Of a stretch of DNA of 64,000 nt, positions 1 to 9,277 are shown piece by piece. The translations under genes were made by a program, and so were the position numbers. Source of the DNA: Terriglobia bacterium (lineage in GTDB: Bacteria > Acidobacteriota > Terriglobia > JAJPHL01). The stretch covers positions 3,387 to 67,386 of the forward strand of contig JAJPHL010000070.1 in the NCBI GenBank assembly GCA_021325275.1, read 5' to 3'. The notes under the pieces are model-generated. The model saw only the letters and a list, made by a program, of their open reading frames with translations, searched no databases and was not told the DNA's origin. Every line of letters begins with the position of its first letter. Within the stretch, counting starts at the first letter, position 1.

Positions 1-1896
1 GGCAACGGAGAATTCGCGTTCACGGTCGACGCGACGGGATTGCAGACGTTCCCGGCGCTGTACGAAAAGAACGTCCCGCTCTGTACACAGTCGCAGTGGG
101 GATGGCACGCATCTCCGGGACGTCCGCCGGGAGAATTGGCGCTGGAGAATTTCGATACGCACGGCCGCAACGTAGGATACGCCACGCGCGCCGGGAATCA
201 GCCAGAGTTGTTTCGATGGCTCCGGGAGAATCCGCATCGCTTGCATCTCGGGCGAATCGGTTTGGACATCGCAGATGCCAGCGAGATTCGCGGAATTCGC
301 CAGCGTCTCGATCTTTGGACCGGCGCGATTGAAAGCAGTTTCCTGCACCGTGCGGCTGCTGTGACGGTTGCCACGTGCTGCCATCCGGATCGCGATTGCA
401 TTGGTGCGAACGTGTCGCCGGGCGTTGCGGTGGTGTGGGAATTTCCCGCTGCCTCGCCGGAGATGAATGCCGCGGATTGGAAGTCAATCGAGCGCCATCG
501 GTCGGAAATCCTTGGGCTGGAACCGAGTGGATGCGTGTTGCGCCGGACGCTGGACGACACGCAATACTTTTGCCGCGTGGCATGGCAGGGCGCGGCCGAG
601 TTCAAGCAAGTTGCCGCACATCGCTTTACACTGCGTGGCGCATCGCAACAACCGCTCGCATTCACCTGCGAATTCTCGTCGCATCCCTTCACCAACTCCC
701 CACTCGCACCGGACGCCGTATTCGCGGCGAGCCGCGAAGCTTGGCAGCGCCATTGGACTTCGGGTGGCGCGCTCGATTTATCCGAGTGCCGCGATCCGCG
801 CGCCGCGGAACTGGAGCGCCGCGTGGTGTTGTCGCAGTATCTCACCGCGATCCAATGCGCCGGGTCGCTGCCGCCGCAAGAAACGGGACTCACGTGCAAC
901 AGTTGGTACGGCAAGTTTCATTTGGAAATGCATTGGTGGCACGCCGCGCACTTCACGCTGTGGGGGCGCGCGGAGAAACTGGAACGCAGTCTCGCATGGT
1001 ACGGAAAAATCTTGCCGTCGGCGCGCGATCGCGCACGGCAACAAGGTTACGCCGGATGCCGCTGGCCGAAAATGACCGCGCCCGACGGACGCGATAGCCC
1101 TTCGCCGATCGGTCCGCTGCTGATTTGGCAGCAACCTCATCCAATCGCGATGGCCGATTTGATGTATCGCGCGAAGCCGGAGCGCGCGGTGCTCGATCGC
1201 TACCGCGACATCGTGATGGAGTCGGCGGAATTCATGGCGTCGTATGCGTGGGAAGACGGCGCGCACGATCGTTACGTTTTAGGACCGCCGGTGATTCCCG
1301 CGCAGGAGAATCATCCGCCGCGCGAAACGTGGAATCCCACGTTTGAATTGGAATACTGGCGGCGCGGTTTGGAGATCGCGCAACAGTGGCGCGCGCGACT
1401 CGGGATGCCCCGCGAGCCGCGATGGGACGGCGTGCGCGCGAAGCTTGCGGCGCTGCCGTTGGCGGGCGGAGTCTACTTGGCGCACGAGAATTGTCCGCAA
1501 ACATTTACGGAACGGAATCGCGACCATCCGTCGATGCTCGCGGCGTTGGGCGTGTTGCCCCGGGCGGGATCGCGTGTCGATCCGGCGATCATGCGTGCGA
1601 CGTTGCAACGCGTTTTCGAAAAATGGCGCTGGGCTGAAACATGGGGCTGGGATTTTCCCATGGCCGCGATGACCGCGGCACGTCTCGGCGAGCCGGACTT
1701 CGCGATCCGCGCACTGTTCATGGAATCTCCGAAAAACACGTGGCTCCCGAATGGTCACGTGTACCAGCGCGCTAATCTTCCGCTATATTTACCGGCGAAC
1801 GGCGGATTGCTTGCGGCGGCCGCGGTGATGAGCGCGCAAAATGCATTTCCCAAAGATTGGCCGGTGCGCGCCGAAGGACTCGTGGATATTTTGTAA
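1..1896 (+). CDS. putative (alpha/alpha)6-barrel glycoside hydrolase-like protein, 5'-truncated by the window edge
   Basis: The frame is open from nt 1 and merges into ORF 40..1896. Trp/His-rich motifs (NSWYGKFHLEMHWWHAAHF) resemble six-hairpin glycosidases. Family not identified. Confidence 0.5.
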   Translation, partial: GNGEFAFTVDATGLQTFPALYEKNVPLCTQSQWGWHASPGRPPGELALENFDTHGRNVGYATRAGNQPELFRWLRENPHRLHLGRIGLDIADASEIRGIRQRLDLWTGAIESSFLHRAAAVTVATCCHPDRDCIGANVSPGVAVVWEFPAASPEMNAADWKSIERHRSEILGLEPSGCVLRRTLDDTQYFCRVAWQGAAEFKQVAAHRFTLRGASQQPLAFTCEFSSHPFTNSPLAPDAVFAASREAWQRHWTSGGALDLSECRDPRAAELERRVVLSQYLTAIQCAGSLPPQETGLTCNSWYGKFHLEMHWWHAAHFTLWGRAEKLERSLAWYGKILPSARDRARQQGYAGCRWPKMTAPDGRDSPSPIGPLLIWQQPHPIAMADLMYRAKPERAVLDRYRDIVMESAEFMASYAWEDGAHDRYVLGPPVIPAQENHPPRETWNPTFELEYWRRGLEIAQQWRARLGMPREPRWDGVRAKLAALPLAGGVYLAHENCPQTFTERNRDHPSMLAALGVLPRAGSRVDPAIMRATLQRVFEKWRWAETWGWDFPMAAMTAARLGEPDFAIRALFMESPKNTWLPNGHVYQRANLPLYLPANGGLLAAAAVMSAQNAFPKDWPVRAEGLVDIL

Positions 1897-1911
1897 TATG
1901 ATGAGATATCC

Positions 1912-2715
1912 ATGGGTTTCGGCATCCGCAGTTCCCTCCGTCGATGGGTCTCCCGCAACAGTCGCACTCCATGGATTCAATCGTTGCACCGCCAGGCCCT
2001 TGAACTCGACGCGCTGGTGGAAAGCGACAGCATCTACGGTCCTCCTCTAGAAAACGAAACTCCATTGCTGGAACGCTTGGCGCCGCGCCGCTTCCAAACG
2101 GCGCTGGACGTGGGGGCCAACGTCGGCAACTGGACGGCCGCCGCATCGAGTGCCTGGAAGGAATGCCGCTTTTATTCGTTCGAACCAGCGCCGGAAACGT
2201 TCGCGCAACTGTCTGCCCGGGAGTGGCCGTCGCGCGTGGTCTGCGAACACCTGGCGCTTTCCGATTCCGAGCGCGAAGAAACGATGTATTTTTATCCGAG
2301 TAGCAGCGAACTGACGAGCTCACTGCACGTTCACGCGCACGAGGCGCAAGCTTTCCAGATGCACATGATGGACGGCGACCGTTATCTCGAACAGCACGGT
2401 ATCGAACAGGTGGATTTCCTGAAAGTGGACGTCGAAGGTTGCGAATACAAAGTGCTTCGCGGCTTCGCCGGCGCCATCGCCGCGGGACGCGTGCGCTGCA
2501 TTCAATTCGAGTACGGCGCCTTCTCTCTCGCCACGCGTTTCCTTCTCCAGGATTATTACGACTTGCTTGGCTCGCGCTACCGGATCGGCAAGCTGCACCC
2601 TGAATACGTCGATTTCCGAGATTACGATTGGACTCACGAACGCTTCCGGTTCGCGAACTATCTCGCCGTCACGCGCGATGAGCCCGAACTGGTGGCGCTG
2701 GCGAAAGGATCGTAG
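1912..2715 (+). CDS. FkbM-family SAM-dependent methyltransferase
   Basis: Motifs LDVGANVGNWT, EPAPETF, VDFLKVDVEGCEYKVL and IQFEY are typical of Methyltransf_21/FkbM. Confidence 0.85.
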   Translation: MGFGIRSSLRRWVSRNSRTPWIQSLHRQALELDALVESDSIYGPPLENETPLLERLAPRRFQTALDVGANVGNWTAAASSAWKECRFYSFEPAPETFAQLSAREWPSRVVCEHLALSDSEREETMYFYPSSSELTSSLHVHAHEAQAFQMHMMDGDRYLEQHGIEQVDFLKVDVEGCEYKVLRGFAGAIAAGRVRCIQFEYGAFSLATRFLLQDYYDLLGSRYRIGKLHPEYVDFRDYDWTHERFRFANYLAVTRDEPELVALAKGS

Positions 2716-2717
2716 AG

Positions 2718-3131
2718 GTGTCTCGTTACGTCGATAGTTCGGTCTACCTGCGCGTGTTGATGGGCCACACGGGCGCGATGACGTTGCCTGCCGAGGGTGA
2801 TTGGTACACCAGTGTGCTGACACGGGTCGAAGGCCGGCGGATGCTCTATCGTTTGCAGGGCAAGGGCAAATTCGACGATGCCGAGTTGACGCGATTGCTC
2901 GCGGCGCTGGATGCGCTTCTCGAAAAAATCAAAATTGTGCCGTGCGATCAAGCGATCTTCGACCGCGCCGGAGATCCCATGAATGCGCCTCTCGGGTCGC
3001 TCGACGCGATCCATTTGGCGAGCGCACTGCGCGTGCAAGAGACGCTTCAGCAAAAGGTCGAGCTCTACACTTACAACATTGAACTGGCGATCGCCGCGCG
3101 CGCCGCGGGATTGCAACCCGTCACGCAGTGA
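2718..3131 (+). CDS. PIN-domain protein (VapC-like toxin), no cognate antitoxin gene seen
   Basis: Acidic-residue pattern of a PIN domain: N-terminal YVDSSVYL, then DAIHLASA, then a C-terminal YTYNIE. GTG start 3 nt after the FkbM stop. Confidence 0.65.
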   Translation: MSRYVDSSVYLRVLMGHTGAMTLPAEGDWYTSVLTRVEGRRMLYRLQGKGKFDDAELTRLLAALDALLEKIKIVPCDQAIFDRAGDPMNAPLGSLDAIHLASALRVQETLQQKVELYTYNIELAIAARAAGLQPVTQ

Positions 3132-4558
3132 GTCTCAGGAGCACATGGCGATGGCTCGAAACCAACGCCGTGGCGATTTTTCCGCGCGCGCTCGCCGTCG
3201 TCTACTTCATCGCCTTCGCGTCGTTCTATCCGCAAATCGATGCCCTCGTCGGTGCGAATGGTCTGACGCCGATGCGCCCGTTCTTCGAGGCGGTCTACAA
3301 ACAGTTGGGTTCGCGCGGATACTGGCTCCTTCCATCGCTCGCCTGGATCCATCCCACGGCTGCATTTCTGAAACTACTGGCCGCGGCCGGCATGGCGATT
3401 TCCCTCCTGGCCGCCGCGGGATTCGGTTCGTGTTTGGCGATGGCCGCGCTGTGGGCCCTGTATCTCGCGCTGGTCGGCGCGGGGCAAGACTTCATGGCGT
3501 TTCAGTGGGACATTCTGCTGTTGGAAGCGGGATTCCTGGCGATCTTCTACGTGGAATGGGACTGGCGCTTCTGGCGCCGCGCGCCGACGTCGCCGCCGCG
3601 AGTCGCCGTATGGTTGGTGCGATGGCTGTTGTTCCGCTTGATGTTTCTCTCGGGCAGCGTGAAACTGCTGAGCAAAGACGAAACATGGCGCAACTGGACC
3701 GCCCTGGCGTATCACTATCAAACGCAACCGATCCCGAATCCGATCGCGTGGTACATGCAGCAAGCGCCGCACTGGTTCCAAGTGGTCTCACTCTGCTTCA
3801 TGTGGTTCGTGGAACTGGTCGCGCCGTTTTTCATCTTCGCGCCGCGGCGGATTCGCTACGTGGCGGCGGCGTTCCTGATTCTCTTTCAAGTGTTACTGAT
3901 CCTCACGGGCAACTACGCGTACTTCAACTGGCTGACGATTGTGCTGTGCCTACCGCTGATCGAGCGCGGCGGCGAAAAGCCGCAAACGCATGCCGTGCAG
4001 AAGTGGGCGTGCGTGGCGCTGGCGTTTTTTGTTGTGCCGGTGAGCATCACCGAAATGCTGGGGCGATTCGGTTACGACGCCGGCGGATCGGCGATCGAAT
4101 GGCAAGCGCCGTTTCATCTGGTGAACACGTACGGACTCTTCGCGGCGATGACCACCGAACGTCCTGAGATCGTCATCGAAGGTACCGCCGACGGCCACAC
4201 GTGGTTACCGTATGAATTCCGCTACAAGCCCGGTGACCTCCATCGCGCGCCACCGTTCGTCGCGCCGTATCAGCCGCGTCTCGATTGGCAAATGTGGTTC
4301 GCGGCGCTCGCCGCGCCGTGGAGTCCGCAGAATGACGCTTGGTTCGGGCGGCTAATGATTCGCTTGCTCGAAGGAAAGCCCGAGGTGAAGGAGTTCTTCT
4401 CGCGAAATCCGTTTCAGGATCGTCCACCCGTTGCGGTGCGAGCGCGGTTGTACGAATATCGATTCACCACAACGCAGGAACGGGCGCAATCGGGCGATTG
4501 GTGGGTACGAACGCCGCGCGGTGAGTATTTTCCGGAAATCTCTCTACAGCGACGCTAG
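3128..4558 (+). CDS. lipase maturation factor (LMF1-like/HTTM-like) family multi-pass membrane protein
   Basis: About 10 hydrophobic segments. N-terminal FPRALAVVYFIAFASFYPQIDALVGANGLTP is typical of bacterial LMF-family proteins. GTG start overlaps the VapC stop. Confidence 0.6.
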   Translation: MSLRSTWRWLETNAVAIFPRALAVVYFIAFASFYPQIDALVGANGLTPMRPFFEAVYKQLGSRGYWLLPSLAWIHPTAAFLKLLAAAGMAISLLAAAGFGSCLAMAALWALYLALVGAGQDFMAFQWDILLLEAGFLAIFYVEWDWRFWRRAPTSPPRVAVWLVRWLLFRLMFLSGSVKLLSKDETWRNWTALAYHYQTQPIPNPIAWYMQQAPHWFQVVSLCFMWFVELVAPFFIFAPRRIRYVAAAFLILFQVLLILTGNYAYFNWLTIVLCLPLIERGGEKPQTHAVQKWACVALAFFVVPVSITEMLGRFGYDAGGSAIEWQAPFHLVNTYGLFAAMTTERPEIVIEGTADGHTWLPYEFRYKPGDLHRAPPFVAPYQPRLDWQMWFAALAAPWSPQNDAWFGRLMIRLLEGKPEVKEFFSRNPFQDRPPVAVRARLYEYRFTTTQERAQSGDWWVRTPRGEYFPEISLQRR

Positions 4559-4603
4559 CTGCGGGTTGAAGAACCGCGGGACAGGCGAGGACGCCTGTCC
4601 TAC

Positions 4604-5158
4604 TTACTCGTCGCCGATCAGAATCGCCGCGCCCAACACGGTGGTCCAGCGAGCGCGCTTATCGCCCACCGCGGACTGCGTGATGTTCATGGTGCGCACG
4701 ATCTTGTTGGAGATGCGGTAAATCTCTTTCTTCTCGTCCCAACTGCGGTCGGGATCGAAGTCGACGTTCAGCGTGGTGGCGAGCATCTCGGCGGCCAGCT
4801 CTTCGGCATATTCGCCGGCCATTTTTTCCGTTTCACCAAAGGAATGGTGCTCGCTCAAGTATCCATAGGTGTTGCGATCGGCGGGCAGCGCCAAGCCGAT
4901 GGCCGCGGCGATCAAACGGTGCGGCTCGCGCGTGGCGTTTTCACTGATCACCGCGAAACGCACTTGGCCGGGATGCAAATACTTCTGTCCGGCGGCGCGC
5001 GAAATCAACTGGCAGCGCGGCGGAAAAATGCTGGAGACGCGCACCAAGTTGTAGGCGGCGATTCCAGCGGAACGCAAGGCCATCTCGAAACTGGTCAGGC
5101 GTTCGCGATGCACGCCGACGCCTTTGGTTAGAAAAATTTTCTTGGCCGTGAAAACCAT
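4604..5158 (-). CDS. pdaD: pyruvoyl-dependent arginine decarboxylase
   Basis: N-terminal KKIFLTKGVG and an NLVRVSSIFPP self-cleavage Ser-Ser site. Length ~180 aa. AAGGAG upstream of the ATG. Confidence 0.85.
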   Translation of the reverse strand: MVFTAKKIFLTKGVGVHRERLTSFEMALRSAGIAAYNLVRVSSIFPPRCQLISRAAGQKYLHPGQVRFAVISENATREPHRLIAAAIGLALPADRNTYGYLSEHHSFGETEKMAGEYAEELAAEMLATTLNVDFDPDRSWDEKKEIYRISNKIVRTMNITQSAVGDKRARWTTVLGAAILIGDE

Positions 5159-5244
5159 CGTCTCGAGGAAATCTCCTTGTGTTGAAATCTGCCGCTAAAC
5201 TGCAGAAAGATGACCGTAGCAGAATTTAGCGAAGGCGTCAAACA

Positions 5245-5275
5245 AAAAGGCCGTCCGGAAGGACGGCCTTTTCAA
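5245..5275 (-). terminator. rho-independent terminator, bidirectional in shape (GGCCGTCC-GGAA-GGACGGCC flanked by an A-run and a T-run)
   Basis: Perfect 8-bp GC stem followed by a U-run in the minus-strand transcript, ~25 nt after the 5299 stop. Confidence 0.6.
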
Positions 5276-5298
5276 TTTTCTCGACGCTCCGAAAAAAA

Positions 5299-6348
5299 TT
5301 ACGGAGTGCAACCCGTAGGAACGTTCGGACTGACGCAGGGTGTGCTGTTGTTGCTGAACGAACCGGACGCCGCCGCGCCTGCAACCGCCGCGCCCGCGGA
5401 AGCCGCAGCCACCGCCGCCGTCACCGCTGTTGCGCTAGCCGCACCGGCCGCCGCGCCGGCACTGGCCGCCGCTGCCGCGCCGCTGGCCGCCGCGCCGCCT
5501 GCTGCCGCGCCGGAGCTCATTTCAAGAACGCCGCCGTATCCTTTGCAACCGGCCAACGCTTGGCACGAGGTGCCGTACTCGGCGCACTTGGTCTGATCCT
5601 TCGCGCAAGCCTTGCGCATCGGAGTGCACTTCGCTTCGAGCGCTTTGAAATCGGTGCAAGCTTGCGAACTGCCGCTCTTGCAAGGATTGTTGCAAACGTT
5701 GCAACGTGCCGCGTACGCTTTGCAGGTGGAGGCATCTTTCGAGCAATTCGCCTTCATGTCCGAGCAGGTGGTGTCTTTGCCGCCCGTCGCCTGCGGAGCA
5801 CCCGAACCGCCGGCCATCGGCAACGCCGGGCCCGGCTCGAGGAACGCGACTTTGTACGACTGGCCCTGCTGCACAACCTGCGGCTCATCGAGTCCGCCTT
5901 CGGAAAGCACCGCCGAACCCTTCACCACGGTCACATAGGTGGCATCTTTTACTTGCGCCACTTGGAAGACCGAGCCGGAATCCGCGGTGATTTTTCCACC
6001 GTGCGCGCGCACGCTGATCGCCTGGCCGCCTTCATGAACGCCGACGAAGCCGCGCTGTAATCCAACCCAAAGCTGTTTACCCGATTGCTCCACCGAGGCC
6101 CGCGCGGCGGCGGACAAACTGGCCATGCCCTGCTCGGGGAAATGAATCACCGCCAGCGAAGAGCCTGGCGCTTCGATGGTATCGCCGGCAAACGCGGGCT
6201 GCGACTGCGTGATCGGTTTTCCATTCACGGTGACGACCGCGTCGCCGCTGAAAGTTGCAATCGGTGCTAAGCCGGCAATCGCGACTGTCGTCACGCCCAA
6301 CACTACAGCCGCTGCCAATCCGAAGTACCGTTTGTTCTGAACTGTCAT
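5299..6348 (-). CDS. secreted/anchored protein: FecR-like beta domain + Cys-rich module (16 Cys) + poly-Ala/Gly low-complexity tract
   Basis: N-terminal hydrophobic anchor. VNGKPI...AGDTIEA...SLAVIHF is FecR-like. CxxC/CxC-rich block, then ~90 aa of A/G/S/T repeats, then a C-terminal CVSPNVPTGCTP. Confidence 0.55.
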   Translation of the reverse strand: MTVQNKRYFGLAAAVVLGVTTVAIAGLAPIATFSGDAVVTVNGKPITQSQPAFAGDTIEAPGSSLAVIHFPEQGMASLSAAARASVEQSGKQLWVGLQRGFVGVHEGGQAISVRAHGGKITADSGSVFQVAQVKDATYVTVVKGSAVLSEGGLDEPQVVQQGQSYKVAFLEPGPALPMAGGSGAPQATGGKDTTCSDMKANCSKDASTCKAYAARCNVCNNPCKSGSSQACTDFKALEAKCTPMRKACAKDQTKCAEYGTSCQALAGCKGYGGVLEMSSGAAAGGAAASGAAAAASAGAAAGAASATAVTAAVAAASAGAAVAGAAASGSFSNNSTPCVSPNVPTGCTP

Positions 6349-6679
6349 GATCGCTCCCTTAGAATTTGCTCTCGGGCAAAAAACTTTTTCATGCGTGCCG
6401 TACCGCTTTTATTGCGATAGCCACCAAATGCGGTCAGATCCACTGGGGGGCGTTGCTGTTTATCTGACGATGGCACCCTCAACCAGCCTACATCTTAGCC
6501 GCAGGTACCATATGTGTCAAGCCCAAATCGTACACTCCGGCCAACCTCGATATGTCTTTTTATTATACACTTACAAAGCTTTGTTGCGTCAACCTTGGAT
6601 TTGATGATACAACGCTGAAAGCAATGGTCCCAGGGACCGCCAGTAACGGGCCAAGAGAACCATTCTAACATTCGGCGCG

Positions 6680-7063
6680 ATGCTTTGTCCCAAGTGCGGT
6701 AGTTCCCGGATTTTTCGCGACAGCTACAAGGGTAACCATGAGTGGCTGAGGTTTACGCCTTTTCGTCCCTACGGGTGTCGCGAATGCCTTTACCGCTTCG
6801 TGAGTTGGCGGCGCAAGGGAGCTCTCACCGCCGCGATGCGCCAAAAGCTCCTTCGCTTCCTGCTGGTTTTCTCGGCGGCGTGTCCGAATTGCCGCTCGCG
6901 CGAAGTAGTCCGCATCAATCCGCGAACCCTGCGCGGAACCGTCCGGCGCGCTCTGGCACGAGCCCTGGGATTTCCCGCGTATCAATGCCGAAAGTGCGGA
7001 AAGAAATTCTTCAAGTTTCGCTGGCACGTGAAGTACGCTCCGCCGCTCCAGTCGAATACCTAG
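6680..7063 (+). CDS. small zinc-ribbon protein with four CxxC pairs (internal duplication)
   Basis: CPKCGS...CRECLY and CPNCRS...CRKCGK. The ORF sits after an AT-richer intergenic region and converges on the GT operon. Confidence 0.45.
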   Translation: MLCPKCGSSRIFRDSYKGNHEWLRFTPFRPYGCRECLYRFVSWRRKGALTAAMRQKLLRFLLVFSAACPNCRSREVVRINPRTLRGTVRRALARALGFPAYQCRKCGKKFFKFRWHVKYAPPLQSNT

Positions 7064-7064
7064 C

Positions 7065-8303
7065 TCACCGGCGCCGGCGATGCTCCTCTACGGCTTCCTG
7101 AAACGTACGCCGATACCCGGCCGTCGCGTGACCACGATAATTCCACCGCTCCAGCGCCGAGCGTCCGCTTTGGCCGCGCGCCGACGCCTGTTCCGGATGC
7201 TCGCGCAGCTCGACAATTTTTGACGCCAGGCCTTCGACGTCGCCGGGTGAAAAGATAAATCCGCAATCGGCGCGTTCGATCGCTTCGGCGGTGTCGCACA
7301 GCCTTGGTCCGACAAAGAGAAGCGGGCGCGAAACCGCCATGCCGGCATAGACTTTGCACGGCAGCACCAAACCTTCCCCGCCCGGCCGCAGCGTGACCAA
7401 AAACGCGTCGCCGGAACTGAGGCTGTAGGATAAGTCGCCGCGATCCTGATAGCCTTCCAGCACGACGTTCGAGAGCGAATGCGCGTCGCGATATTGCTCG
7501 ATCTCGCGGCGTCGCGCGCCGTCGCCGACAAAGAGAAAAACAATGTCGTCGCGATCGCGCAGCCGGCGCGCGCATTCCAGGATCGTTTGAAAGTCGTGAG
7601 CCAATCCCATGTTGCCGGAATACAGCACCACGAACTTGCCGTCGAGTGCGCGCTCGCGGCGAAACCAATTCTCTTCGTGCGGCACCGGATGCGTCAGCTT
7701 CGGATCGGCCCAGTTTTCCAACACGACGACTTGCCGCTCGGGAATCCCCTTGGCGACGATCAATTCCTTCGCGTATCGCCCCAGCACGATGATGCGATCC
7801 ATGCGGCGCATGCCGAACATCGAAACGGCGTCGATGAATCGCGTGATCCAACTGCCGCGCTTCAACACGCCGAGCGCGACGGCGATGTCCGGGTACAAAT
7901 CGTGAACGCTGTAGATCACCGGAATTCCGCGCAGCTTGGCGACCAGCCATCCGCCGAGAAAAAGCAGCGGCGGCGTCGAGACGGGATACAAGAGGTCGGG
8001 GCGTTGATCTCCGGAAGTATGCCGAAACATCGCCCACGTCGCGGAAATGTAAAACGCCAGCATGTCTGTGATTCGCCCGAACATCGTCTGGCGCCCGAAT
8101 CCGGTGGAGCGCACGCGATAAATCTCGATGCCGCGATACGTTTCGTGGGCCGCCAAGCCCACACCGCCGGAATATCCGCCGCGTCCGCAGATCGCGTCCA
8201 CCCGATCGCCGGCCGCGACCAAGTCCTCCGCGAGATCGGTGAGTTGCTGCGACACCGCAGAGTGATCGGGATAGAAAAATTGATTGACGAAGAGGATTTT
8301 CAT
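7065..8303 (-). CDS. GT4 glycosyltransferase, WcaI-like
   Basis: N-terminal MKILFVNQFFYPD is typical of WcaI-type GT4. C-terminal GT-B EX7E region. Confidence 0.85.
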   Translation of the reverse strand: MKILFVNQFFYPDHSAVSQQLTDLAEDLVAAGDRVDAICGRGGYSGGVGLAAHETYRGIEIYRVRSTGFGRQTMFGRITDMLAFYISATWAMFRHTSGDQRPDLLYPVSTPPLLFLGGWLVAKLRGIPVIYSVHDLYPDIAVALGVLKRGSWITRFIDAVSMFGMRRMDRIIVLGRYAKELIVAKGIPERQVVVLENWADPKLTHPVPHEENWFRRERALDGKFVVLYSGNMGLAHDFQTILECARRLRDRDDIVFLFVGDGARRREIEQYRDAHSLSNVVLEGYQDRGDLSYSLSSGDAFLVTLRPGGEGLVLPCKVYAGMAVSRPLLFVGPRLCDTAEAIERADCGFIFSPGDVEGLASKIVELREHPEQASARGQSGRSALERWNYRGHATAGYRRTFQEAVEEHRRRR

Positions 8304-8326
8304 CGTTCCGCCGTTTCAGCACCCTC

Positions 8327-9238
8327 TTAGGGGCGCCAGCCGCCCGCGCCCCCCGTGCGCTTGCGCCACTCCAATTCGTAGAGTTTGGCGGAAATCTGAA
8401 ACTCGTACTGGCACATCAGCCGGCACCAGATGTAGCCGGCGCGTCCGTCGAGGAATCCCAGACGCAATATATAAATGATGATGAACTTCAGCAGCGGACG
8501 AAACGGCATCCGCACCCACCAGCGCTTGAGAAAACGCTTGCGCTCCAGCGGTCCTCCGAAGAACGACGCGCGCATCGCTTGATCGTCGCGCGAGCCCGAT
8601 GCGCCCGCCGCCAGGTTCTCGTACGCCAGCGCCTCCCAATTCGAATAACCGTTCAATCGATGGATCAAGCGGTAGATGTCGCGGCAATCTTCGTGCAACA
8701 GATCGTGTTTCAAGTATCCGGCGTTTCCGTTCAGCAAAACGTGCTCGTGAACTTCGTTGTCGCCGGTGTTCTGCGCGGTCTGCGTGCCGAGATTTTCGTA
8801 GCGTCCCAGGCGATGCTTGAACAAGCGCATGTTCCAACTGGGATACCAGCCGGCGTGCTTGATCCACCGGCCGAGGAAAATCAACTTGCGATTCACGTAG
8901 AAGCCGTCGTGTCCCGTGGACGCTTGGCCGCCGGCGCCGATCGTTTGACGGATTTCCTCGATCAATTCCGGCGTGCAGCGCTCATCCGCGTCGACGATCA
9001 GCACCCATTCGTTGCGAAAGGGAAGATTTTCAAGCGCCCAATTTTTCTTCTTCGGCCACGTTCCGTTGAAATGAAATTGGACGACTTTGGCGCCGCGACT
9101 TTCGGCGATTTCGATGGTGCGGTCGGTGCTTTGGGAATCCACGACGAAAATTTCGTCGGCCCACGAGAGGCTTTCCAGGCACGCGGGAAGATTTTGTTCC
9201 TCGTTCTTAACGGGAACGAAAACGGACACAGGAGTCAC
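8327..9238 (-). CDS. GT2 family glycosyltransferase
   Basis: VFVPVKNEE...ESLSWADEIFVVDSQSTDRT...DADE motifs (GT-A DxD). Confidence 0.8.
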   Translation of the reverse strand: MTPVSVFVPVKNEEQNLPACLESLSWADEIFVVDSQSTDRTIEIAESRGAKVVQFHFNGTWPKKKNWALENLPFRNEWVLIVDADERCTPELIEEIRQTIGAGGQASTGHDGFYVNRKLIFLGRWIKHAGWYPSWNMRLFKHRLGRYENLGTQTAQNTGDNEVHEHVLLNGNAGYLKHDLLHEDCRDIYRLIHRLNGYSNWEALAYENLAAGASGSRDDQAMRASFFGGPLERKRFLKRWWVRMPFRPLLKFIIIYILRLGFLDGRAGYIWCRLMCQYEFQISAKLYELEWRKRTGGAGGWRP

Positions 9239-9277
9239 GGAAATCTATCTTACCATCGCGACTCGATGCGCCAGTGT

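Noticed and set aside
4579-4600. GGACAGGCG-AGGA-CGCCTGTCC hairpin between the convergent LMF-like and pdaD genes
   Set aside because: A good stem but no U-tract on either strand, so not called a terminator. It may still act as a structural barrier.
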